Made by a program: the position numbers and the translations under genes
The notes under the pieces: generated by a model
Databases searched by the model: none
What the model saw: only the letters and a program-made list of their open reading frames with translations
Told to the model about the DNA's origin: nothing
Assembly (NCBI GenBank): GCA_937880845.1
Contig: CALFLL010000020.1
Coordinates: 24,350-88,349, forward strand
DNA from: an uncultured Drancourtella sp.
GTDB lineage: Bacteria > Bacillota > Clostridia > Lachnospirales > Lachnospiraceae
Reading direction: 5' to 3'
Length of the DNA stretch: 64,000 nt
Part shown: positions 56,771 through 64,000 of the stretch, piece by piece
How positions within the stretch are numbered: position 1 is the stretch's first letter
How the letters are laid out: each line of letters opens with the position of its first letter

Positions 56771-58126
56771 ATGAAACAGATTGTAATTACATTGCCGGAA
56801 AAAGTAAAAATGATCATAGATACGCTTCAAAGCCATGGCTTTGAAGCGTATGCTGTAGGTGGGTGTGTGCGGGATTCTATTCTGGGAAGAAAACCGGAAG
56901 ACTGGGATATCACCACTTCGGCCATGCCGGAGGAAACAAAATCTCTGTTTAAAAAGACTATTGACACGGGAATCGAACACGGAACCGTAACGGTCATGAT
57001 CGGAAGAGAAGGATTTGAAGTCACCACATACCGGATTGACGGAGAATATGAAGACAGCAGACATCCAAAAGAAGTTCGGTTTACACGGAACCTTCATGAG
57101 GATCTGCTGCGAAGAGATTTTACGATTAATGCTATGGCGTATAATGGCCGAGAAGGACTTCAGGACATTTTCGGAGGATTAAAAGACTTGGAGAGTGGGA
57201 TCATTTGTTGTGTGGGAGATGCGGAAGAACGTTTTTCGGAAGATGCCCTTCGCATTTTGAGGGCAGTACGTTTTTCGGCACAACTTGGATTTGAGATTGA
57301 AGAAGAAACATGCAGGGCAATCAAAAAACTGGCTCCGACACTTTCAAAAATCAGCGCAGAGCGGATTCAGACAGAGTTGGTCAAGCTTTTGGTGTCCCCT
57401 CATCCGGAGCTGATTAAAACAGCATGGGAGCTTGGTGTGACAAAAGTGATCCTTCCTGAGTTTGACCGCATGATGCAGACGGAACAGGAAACACCGCATC
57501 ATATGTATAATGTGGGAATACATACGGTTGCAGCCCTTGAAAATATCCGTGCCGATAAGATTCTCAGGCTTACCATGTTGTTTCATGATATGGGAAAACC
57601 GGAGTATAAAACAATGGATGAATACGGTACGGCTCATTTTAAGAAGCATGCCATCGGAAGTGAAAAGATTGCCAAAGATGTGATGAAACGCCTGAAGTTT
57701 GACAATGATACGACGAAAAAAGTTTTAAAACTTGTACTTTATCATGATTATCGAATGCCGGCAGACGGGAAATGTGTACGTCATGCAATCTATAAAATAA
57801 GTAAAGAGCTGTTTCCGTATTATCTGGAAATCCGAATGGCAGACACAATGGCACAAAGTACGTATCTTCGAGAAGAAAAAATTAAAAATATCAATGAGGT
57901 CAGGAAAAGATTTGAGGATATTGTTGAAAAAGGAGAATGTACTTCCTTAAAAGAAATGGCTGTAAGCGGAAAAGATTTGATACAGTCGGGAATCCGTCCG
58001 GGAAAGCAGATGGGAGAAATCCTTCAAGAACTGCTTTTGGAGACATTGGATGATCCGGAAAAAAACACAAAAGAATATCTTGTTTCCAGAGCGATGGAAA
58101 TAGAAAAGAAAGGATGTGGAATGTGA
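56771..58126 (+). CDS. cca: CCA-adding tRNA nucleotidyltransferase with HD domain
   Basis: GGCVRDSILGRKPEDWDITT, RRDFTINAMA, HD motif LFHDMGKP. Start trimmed to ATG 56771, 1 nt after the proS stop. Confidence 0.85.
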   Translation: MKQIVITLPEKVKMIIDTLQSHGFEAYAVGGCVRDSILGRKPEDWDITTSAMPEETKSLFKKTIDTGIEHGTVTVMIGREGFEVTTYRIDGEYEDSRHPKEVRFTRNLHEDLLRRDFTINAMAYNGREGLQDIFGGLKDLESGIICCVGDAEERFSEDALRILRAVRFSAQLGFEIEEETCRAIKKLAPTLSKISAERIQTELVKLLVSPHPELIKTAWELGVTKVILPEFDRMMQTEQETPHHMYNVGIHTVAALENIRADKILRLTMLFHDMGKPEYKTMDEYGTAHFKKHAIGSEKIAKDVMKRLKFDNDTTKKVLKLVLYHDYRMPADGKCVRHAIYKISKELFPYYLEIRMADTMAQSTYLREEKIKNINEVRKRFEDIVEKGECTSLKEMAVSGKDLIQSGIRPGKQMGEILQELLLETLDDPEKNTKEYLVSRAMEIEKKGCGM

Positions 58127-58146
58127 TAATTGCCACATTCTTTTTG
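58119..58146 (+). terminator. probable intrinsic terminator overlapping the end of cca
   Basis: Stem GAATGTG/CACATTC followed by TTTTT. Confidence 0.55.
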
Positions 58147-58210
58147 TTCTATTTGTTTTCTGAAAATCATAGATTAGAAAGAATCTTGAATCAGAAGACA
58201 GGGGGCAGTT

Positions 58211-59212
58211 ATGGAAGATTTTGATTTAACAGTACTGGAACAATATCCGATAGAAACAGAAAATATACGAAAAGCAAGAGGAGCGGTTTTGTGTGAAACG
58301 AAAGATGGTCTGCTCCTTTTAAAGCAGGCATCACTGTCGCAAGAAAAAGCTGATGTCATAAACAGAATCCATAAAGAAATGAAAGAACAATACGGTGCCC
58401 AAAGTGACGGACTTTTTGCCAATAAAGAGGGAAACTACGTTTCTTTATCCGAAGATGGGACAAAATATTATCTGAAAAAATGGTATAAAGGAAGAGAATG
58501 TGATGTAAAAAAAACAGCGGAAATTTTGGAGGCAGCCAGAATATTGGCAAAACTGCACCGGATTATGCGGTTTCCGGAATATGTAGGATCATTCCGAATG
58601 TCAGATCAGAAAGACGAATACCGCAGACATAACAGAGAATTGAAAAAGGTGAGGACATTTATACGGAAAAAGACCGTAAAAGGAGAGTTTGAAACAAAAT
58701 TTTTGCAGTGTTTTGATGAAATGTATCAGATAGCTGTCTGTGTGGAAAGAGCTTTGGAATCTTCTGCGTATGACCGCTTAAAAGAAGAGGCTTTGGAAAA
58801 CGGTTGTTTTATACACGGAGAATATAATTATCACAATCTTTTGCTTACATCTGATGGAATGACGGTGGTAAATTTTGAACATACCGTACCGAATATTCAG
58901 GCGGTGGATTTATGCTATTTTTTAAGAAAAGTGATGGAAAAACATCAGTGGAATAGTAAACTGGGAGCGGAGATGCTGCGGGCATACAGTGCGGTAAATC
59001 CTTTGAGTGAAGAAGAAAAAGAGTATATTGCACTCAGACTTTCTTATCCGGAGAAATTTTGGAAATGTGCGAACACATATTATAATTCAAACAAAGCTTG
59101 GATTTCCTCTAAAAGTGTAGAAAAATTAAATGTTGCAATCGAACAGACAGAAATAAAGAGACGGTTTCTGGAACAGATATTTTCTTTCCATTTAAGCGGG
59201 AGTAGTGTATAA
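58211..59212 (+). CDS. CotS-family spore coat protein / phosphotransferase-fold kinase
   Basis: 333 aa. APH/choline-kinase-like catalytic region (IHGEYNYHNLL) and an N-terminus typical of CotS-family entries. Confidence 0.7.
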   Translation: MEDFDLTVLEQYPIETENIRKARGAVLCETKDGLLLLKQASLSQEKADVINRIHKEMKEQYGAQSDGLFANKEGNYVSLSEDGTKYYLKKWYKGRECDVKKTAEILEAARILAKLHRIMRFPEYVGSFRMSDQKDEYRRHNRELKKVRTFIRKKTVKGEFETKFLQCFDEMYQIAVCVERALESSAYDRLKEEALENGCFIHGEYNYHNLLLTSDGMTVVNFEHTVPNIQAVDLCYFLRKVMEKHQWNSKLGAEMLRAYSAVNPLSEEEKEYIALRLSYPEKFWKCANTYYNSNKAWISSKSVEKLNVAIEQTEIKRRFLEQIFSFHLSGSSV

Positions 59213-59252
59213 TATACACGAGTAAAAGAAATAAATCAGGAGGTACGAGAAG

Positions 59253-60986
59253 ATGGGATATCAGGAAAAGTATAATGAATGGCTGACAAGTACATATTTT
59301 GATAAAGATACAAAAGAGGAATTGAAACAGATTGGAGAAAATGAAAAAGAAATCGAAGACCGTTTTTATAAAGATCTGGAATTTGGTACGGCAGGGCTTC
59401 GCGGAGTCATCGGAGCAGGAACAAATCGTATGAATATTTATACGGTCAGAAGAGCAACACAGGGACTTGCAAACTATATTGCCAAAAAAGATGCAAAGAA
59501 ACAGGGGGTTGCAATCGCATTTGATTCAAGAAGAATGTCTCCTGAATTTGCGGATGAAGCGGCACTTTGCCTTGCGGCCAACGGAATCAAAGCATATGTT
59601 TTCGAAAGTCTTCGCCCGACACCGGAACTTTCTTTTGCAGTAAGAAAACTTGGATGTATTGCAGGAATCAATATTACGGCAAGTCATAATCCGCCGGAAT
59701 ACAACGGATATAAAGTATACTGGGAAGACGGCGCACAGATCACACCTCCGCATGATAAAGGAATTATGGATGAAGTGAAGGCTGTTACAGAGTTTGCTTC
59801 TGTTAAGACAATGGAAAAACAAAAAGCAAAAGAGGACGGACTTTATGAAGTGATCGGAGCAGAAATCGATGATGCCTACATTGCAGAACTGAAAAAACAG
59901 GTGATTCATCAAGATGCCATCAAACGGGTGGGAAAAGAACTGAAGATCGTGTATTCTCCGCTTCACGGAACAGGAAATATTCCGGCGAGAAGAGTTTTAA
60001 AAGAACTTGGATTTGAGAATGTATACATTGTAAAAGAGCAGGAACTTCCGGACGGGGAATTTCCGACGGTATCCTATCCAAACCCGGAAGCAGAAGAAGC
60101 TTTTGAACTTGGACTTAAGCTTGCAAAAGAAGTGGATGCGGATCTTGTCCTTGCGACGGATCCTGATGCAGACCGACTTGGGGTTTATGTAAAAGATGCA
60201 AAATCAGGAGAATACAAAGTACTGACAGGAAATATGTCAGGATGTCTTCTGGCAGAATATGAGATTAGTCAGAGAAAAGCAAAAGAAGGACTTCCGGCAG
60301 ACGGCTGTTTGATCAAGACGATCGTTACGACCAACATGGCAGATGCCATAGCCAAATCATATGGTTTGAATCTGATCGAAGTATTGACGGGATTTAAATA
60401 TATCGGACAGCAGATTCTTAAATTTGAAACAACAGGAAAAGGACATTATGTATTTGGATTTGAAGAAAGCTATGGATGTCTGATCGGCACACACGCAAGA
60501 GACAAAGATGCTATCGTTGCTACAATGGCATTATGTGAAGCAGCAGCGTATTATAAGACACAAGGTAAGACATTATGGGATGCCATGATTGATATGTATG
60601 AAAAATATGGATATTATAAAGACGGCATCCAGTCTATGACCATGAAAGGAATCGAAGGACTTGCAAAAATTAAGGAAATCCTGGAAACATTAAGGAATAA
60701 TCCGCCGGTGAAAGTGGGAGAATACGAAGTGTTAAAAGCCCGTGATTATGAAGCAGACACTATAAAAGATCTCACAACAGGTGAAATAACATCTACGGGA
60801 CTTCCGAAATCAAATGTATTATATTATGACCTGACAGATGACGCATGGATTTGTGTAAGACCGTCAGGCACAGAGCCGAAAGTGAAATTTTACTACGGAA
60901 TCAAGGGAGCATCTCTTGAAGATGCCGATGCAAAATCAGAAGCATTGGGCAAGGCTGTTTTAGAGATGATAAACAAGATGCTCTAA
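59253..60986 (+). CDS. phosphoglucomutase/phosphomannomutase-family phosphosugar mutase
   Basis: Active-site TASHNPPEYNGYK, Mg loop TDPDADR, 577 aa. Confidence 0.9.
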   Translation: MGYQEKYNEWLTSTYFDKDTKEELKQIGENEKEIEDRFYKDLEFGTAGLRGVIGAGTNRMNIYTVRRATQGLANYIAKKDAKKQGVAIAFDSRRMSPEFADEAALCLAANGIKAYVFESLRPTPELSFAVRKLGCIAGINITASHNPPEYNGYKVYWEDGAQITPPHDKGIMDEVKAVTEFASVKTMEKQKAKEDGLYEVIGAEIDDAYIAELKKQVIHQDAIKRVGKELKIVYSPLHGTGNIPARRVLKELGFENVYIVKEQELPDGEFPTVSYPNPEAEEAFELGLKLAKEVDADLVLATDPDADRLGVYVKDAKSGEYKVLTGNMSGCLLAEYEISQRKAKEGLPADGCLIKTIVTTNMADAIAKSYGLNLIEVLTGFKYIGQQILKFETTGKGHYVFGFEESYGCLIGTHARDKDAIVATMALCEAAAYYKTQGKTLWDAMIDMYEKYGYYKDGIQSMTMKGIEGLAKIKEILETLRNNPPVKVGEYEVLKARDYEADTIKDLTTGEITSTGLPKSNVLYYDLTDDAWICVRPSGTEPKVKFYYGIKGASLEDADAKSEALGKAVLEMINKML

Positions 60987-61168
60987 GAAGATGAAAAGAA
61001 TTGAAAATGCTTGTAAATACGGCTTGAAACCGCATGATTTGCTTGACAAATACAATAGAAACCGTTATAACTTTAATATGGGTTAAAGGAGCAGAAAATG
61101 CTGATTTGGCCGATGAAATCAAATGTGAAAATTATATTTTATAACGGGAAATTAGGAGGCAATCACTG

Positions 61169-61444
61169 ATGAACAAAACAGAATTAATTGCAGCAGTAGC
61201 AGAAAAAGCAGAAGTTTCTAAAAAAGATTCTGAAAAAGCATTAAAAGCATTTATCGATGTTGTTACAGAAGAACTGAAAAACGGAGGAAAAGTTCAGTTA
61301 GTAGGATTCGGAACATTTGAAGTAAGCGAAAGAGCTGCAAGAGAGGGAAGAAATCCTCAGACAGGAAAAACAATGAAGATTGAAGCTTGCAAAGCACCGA
61401 AATTTAAAGCAGGAAAAGCTTTAAAAGACGCAATTAACGAATAA
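61169..61444 (+). CDS. hup: HU-family DNA-binding protein
   Basis: MNKTELI...[21 protein letters not shown] hallmark, 91 aa. Confidence 0.95.
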   Translation: MNKTELIAAVAEKAEVSKKDSEKALKAFIDVVTEELKNGGKVQLVGFGTFEVSERAAREGRNPQTGKTMKIEACKAPKFKAGKALKDAINE

Positions 61445-61462
61445 TAGTTGAGTGCATTATTG

Positions 61463-61494
61463 AAAATAGAGGGTTTTTGCCCTCTATTTTTATC
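61463..61494 (+). terminator. intrinsic terminator after hup
   Basis: 11-bp stem AAAATAGAGGG/CCCTCTATTTT, T-rich tail. Confidence 0.8.
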
Positions 61495-61509
61495 TTTAGG
61501 AGAAGAAAA

Positions 61510-61749
61510 ATGAGATTAGATAAATTTTTAAAAGTGTCCAGATTGATCAAAAGAAGGACAGTAGCCAATGAAGCATGTGATGCCGGAAGAGTTTTTGTAA
61601 ACGGAAAGACGGCAAAAGCGTCCGTTAAAATTAAAAAAGGCGATATCATCGAAATTCAGTTCGGAACAAAAACCGTAAAGGTTGAAGTGATGGATGTACA
61701 GGAAACAACGAAAAAAGAAGAGGCAAAAGAACTTTTCCGTTACCTGTAA
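61510..61749 (+). CDS. yabO: S4-domain RNA-binding protein (YabO/RqcP/Hsp15-like)
   Basis: MRLDKFLKVSRLIKRRTVA S4 motif. Start trimmed to ATG 61510. Synteny with yabP-yabQ-divIC. Confidence 0.85.
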   Translation: MRLDKFLKVSRLIKRRTVANEACDAGRVFVNGKTAKASVKIKKGDIIEIQFGTKTVKVEVMDVQETTKKEEAKELFRYL

Positions 61750-61796
61750 AATATCGGAATAAATAAAAAAAGCTGCTCATAGGATATCTCAGAAGC

Positions 61797-62159
61797 ATGT
61801 CAGAAGAATCAGGCAGGCGGACAGCGAAAGAGAGGATGATAAAAATGATGATGAGCAGCAGTATGATTAATAATATGGAAGAAGCCCAGGTGAAAAAGTC
61901 GCATAAACTGGTCGTGAATAACAGAAAGACAAGTCTTGTGACCGGGGTGCTTGATGTGCTGTCATTTGATCTGAATGAAATCCTTTTGGAAACAGAACAA
62001 GGGATGATGATGGTCAAAGGAAGCGACTTGCATGTCAACAGGCTGAGTCTGGAAAAAGGAGAGGTGGATCTTTCAGGGAATATTGACAGTATTTCCTATT
62101 CGGACATGAAGCAGACCGCCAAGCAAGGAGGAACTCTTTTGGCAAGGTTGTTTCATTAA
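61797..62159 (+). CDS. yabP: sporulation protein YabP
   Basis: HKLVVNNRKTSLVTGVLDVLSFDLNEILLETEQG...L.V.G..L typical of YabP. The true start may be a downstream Met. Confidence 0.85.
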   Translation: MSEESGRRTAKERMIKMMMSSSMINNMEEAQVKKSHKLVVNNRKTSLVTGVLDVLSFDLNEILLETEQGMMMVKGSDLHVNRLSLEKGEVDLSGNIDSISYSDMKQTAKQGGTLLARLFH

Positions 62160-62177
62160 AGAAAGGATGGGCACTTC

Positions 62178-62513
62178 ATGAACGGCTTGGAAATTGAAGC
62201 GGATGCATTCTTAAAAGCGGTGTGTAGCGGTATGACACTGTATGCAGGTTATATGTGTATTGTTTATTTCCGAAAAATTGTAAAACACAGTCTGCCTGCT
62301 GTTTCTATTGAAGATTTTTTGTACTGGCTTGTGACAGGATTTTATTTGTTTGCTCAGATTTTTGACACAAGTGCAGGAGCGATCCGTTGGTACTTTGTGA
62401 TCGGTACGGCAGTCGGAGCACTGATATTTTCCTTTCTTTTGTCAAAAGTCAGAGGATTTTGCAGAAAAATATTTTATAAAAGACAAAAGAAAACGGGAAA
62501 AGGTGTTGATTAA
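62178..62513 (+). CDS. yabQ: spore cortex biosynthesis protein YabQ
   Basis: 111-aa membrane protein with three predicted TM helices, in the conserved position after yabP. Confidence 0.7.
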   Translation: MNGLEIEADAFLKAVCSGMTLYAGYMCIVYFRKIVKHSLPAVSIEDFLYWLVTGFYLFAQIFDTSAGAIRWYFVIGTAVGALIFSFLLSKVRGFCRKIFYKRQKKTGKGVD

Positions 62514-62886
62514 TTTCAGAGAAAAAGTTAGTATAATAGATATAATTCAGAAAGAAGCAGCTTGTACGATGAAGGAAAAGAAAGAAACGAAAAAACAAAA
62601 AATACGGCGTTTATTACGTCATATGGAGAAAGCTTTTATATTGTGCAGTTTGTCTGTATTGATAATTGCCGCCGTAGTACATGGGATTTCCATGCAAAAA
62701 CAGCAGAAAGTTTATGATAAACAGATGAAACAGCTTCAACAGGAAGTAAAAGAAGAAAAGAAAAGAGCAAAAGAGATAGAAGATTATAAAAAATATATTC
62801 AGACAGATGAATATATTGAAAATATGGCAAGAGATAAACTTGGGATGGCAAAAAAAGATGAGATTCTTTTTAAAGCCCAAAAATAA
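62503..62886 (+). CDS. divIC: septum formation initiator (DivIC/FtsB family)
   Basis: Single TM (AFILCSLSVLIIAAVV), coiled coil, and C-terminal ARDKLGMAKKDEILF motif. The start is uncertain (GTG 62503 or ATG 62569). Confidence 0.7.
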   Translation: MLINFREKVSIIDIIQKEAACTMKEKKETKKQKIRRLLRHMEKAFILCSLSVLIIAAVVHGISMQKQQKVYDKQMKQLQQEVKEEKKRAKEIEDYKKYIQTDEYIENMARDKLGMAKKDEILFKAQK

Positions 62887-62910
62887 TTTTATATTTGCCG
62901 ATACAGAAGA

Positions 62911-62949
62911 TAGCTTTAGGAAATTATGATTTCCTAAAGCTATTTTTTT
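62911..62949 (+). terminator. intrinsic terminator after divIC
   Basis: 14-bp stem TAGCTTTAGGAAAT/ATTTCCTAAAGCTA plus a T7 tract. Confidence 0.8.
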
Positions 62950-62975
62950 AGGATTTACCAGAAAAGGGGCACGAG

Positions 62976-64000
62976 ATGGAGAAAAAAAGTTATGTTTTAA
63001 ATCCATATGTAGAACAAATGGAAAAATTTGGGAAGTCTTTAGAACATCTGTCAACGACATTTTTCCGGATGGAGGGACAGAAAGGAAAATTTACACAAAG
63101 TGAAATAGAGGAAATGTTTGTAAGAGTTTCGGAAACAGTGTGTCGTGGGTGTGAAAACAAAAGCAGATGTTTTGGGGAAAATCAGGTGAGGACAAAACAG
63201 ATGATGTATGAAATATTAAAGGTAGTTGATGAATGTGGTATCGGATTAAATTCGGATATAAAAAAGAAACTACAAAAATATTGTATACAGGCGCCAAGAT
63301 TTTTAAGAGAAACTTTGGAAACATTCCAGGATGCCAAGCAGGCTATGTTCTGGAATAACCGGATGATTCAGAGCCGGGAAGGGTGTGCGGTAGAACTGGA
63401 TGCATTTGCAAAAATGATACGGCACAGCACAAGAGAACTGGATGCAAGTATTTTTTCGGATGAACGAATGGAAAAGAAAATACGTACGAAATTGAAAAAT
63501 GAAGGAGTAAGGGTGTTAAGCGTTGTGTTTATGATGACGCCGCAGGGAAGGTATGAGATCCACCTTACGGTAAAAGCCGGAAGAGGACAGTGCATCAGTA
63601 CAAAAGAACTGGCCGGAATCCTTACATCGTGTTCCGGAAGACAGATGGAACCGGCGAAAGATGAAAGAAGAATTCTCGCAATGGAATATACAACAGTGGT
63701 ATTTTTGGAGCAACAGAGGTATTATACACTTCAGGGTGTTGCAAAGATTGGAAAAGGGTGTGCTCATATTTCAGGAGACAGTTTTTCCATGATGGAATTA
63801 CCGGCCGGAAAACAAGGTGCCATATTGTCTGACGGAATGGGATCAGGTGAAGAAGCGTTTAAAGAAAGTGCCATGGTAGTAGATATGTTGGAAGAACTTC
63901 TGGGAGCCGGATTTCCGGTAGAAACAGCAGTAAGGATGATGAATACCGCACTTGTGATGGGACGGGAAGAAATTCGCTTTTCCACTATTGATATCAGTAT
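62976..64000 (+). CDS. spoIIE: SpoIIE-like PP2C phosphatase, 3'-truncated by the window edge, without an N-terminal membrane domain
   Basis: Not in the ORF track because it is open to the window end. My translation from ATG 62976 is MEKKSYVLNPYVEQ...VCRGCENKSRCF...ISGDSFSMMELPAGKQGAILSDGMGSGEEAFKESAMVVDMLEELLGAGF...STIDIS. This closely resembles the SpoIIE regulatory and PP2C domains, and the locus position after divIC is canonical. Confidence 0.8.
   Translation, partial: MEKKSYVLNPYVEQMEKFGKSLEHLSTTFFRMEGQKGKFTQSEIEEMFVRVSETVCRGCENKSRCFGENQVRTKQMMYEILKVVDECGIGLNSDIKKKLQKYCIQAPRFLRETLETFQDAKQAMFWNNRMIQSREGCAVELDAFAKMIRHSTRELDASIFSDERMEKKIRTKLKNEGVRVLSVVFMMTPQGRYEIHLTVKAGRGQCISTKELAGILTSCSGRQMEPAKDERRILAMEYTTVVFLEQQRYYTLQGVAKIGKGCAHISGDSFSMMELPAGKQGAILSDGMGSGEEAFKESAMVVDMLEELLGAGFPVETAVRMMNTALVMGREEIRFSTIDIS

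Noticed and set aside
63091-63985. Four minus-strand ORFs (63091-63324, 63368-63595, 63516-63767, 63764-63985).
   Set aside because: All are antisense to the open-ended SpoIIE-like reading frame, which has clear PP2C motifs.
1-64000. Search for CRISPR arrays, rRNA/tRNA genes, transposases, integrases and prophage genes.
   Set aside because: Reading both strands revealed no regularly spaced repeats, no tRNA cloverleaf candidates in the intergenic regions and no recombinase-like ORFs. The only mobile-element-like signal is the decayed islet at 29.6-31.1 kb.

Overview
This 64-kb chromosomal window looks like a spore-forming Clostridia (Lachnospiraceae-like) Firmicute. Gene content supports this: yabP-yabQ-divIC-spoIIE synteny, spoVG, a CotS-family gene, glgCD, T-box regulation and low GC. 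About 60 protein genes are supported. Most are housekeeping: metG (5'-truncated), tatD, rsmA, citrate synthase, asnS, murC, dnaD/dnaI-like, prs, glgCD, proS with a proline T-box leader, cca, a phosphosugar mutase and hup. No rRNA, tRNA, CRISPR array or intact transposase/integrase was seen. Five regions stand out. (1) 1.8-6.7 kb is a tightly coupled operon: a TcyP-like DAACS symporter, a signal-anchored protein, a tandem thioredoxin-fold lipoprotein (CxxS), a TlpA-like CxxC lipoprotein, an untracked 47-codon CXXC membrane peptide and a NapH-like membrane polyferredoxin. I propose it is an uncharacterised extracytoplasmic thiol-redox/electron-relay system. (2) 13.7-26.7 kb is an anaerobic allantoate -> oxamate + carbamoyl-phosphate -> ATP cluster (allE, allD, a fused allF-allG, carbamate kinase, an LctP-family permease, allC, a PucR regulator). 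Its allH homolog is displaced and co-transcribed with an esterase. Two promoter/operator modules in the cluster are near-identical. (3) 29.6-31.1 kb is a gene-poor decayed islet bracketed by about 42-nt direct-repeat hairpins. (4) 42-46.3 kb is a VanRS-type two-component system translationally coupled to an SbcD-like nuclease and a Rad50/YhaN-like ATPase with a transmembrane hairpin. (5) Three smaller items: a DnaA-box trio upstream of dnaD/dnaI, an in-frame TAA splitting a methyltransferase, and a SpoIIE homolog that lacks its membrane domain. All homology statements come from motif recognition and memory, not database searches.
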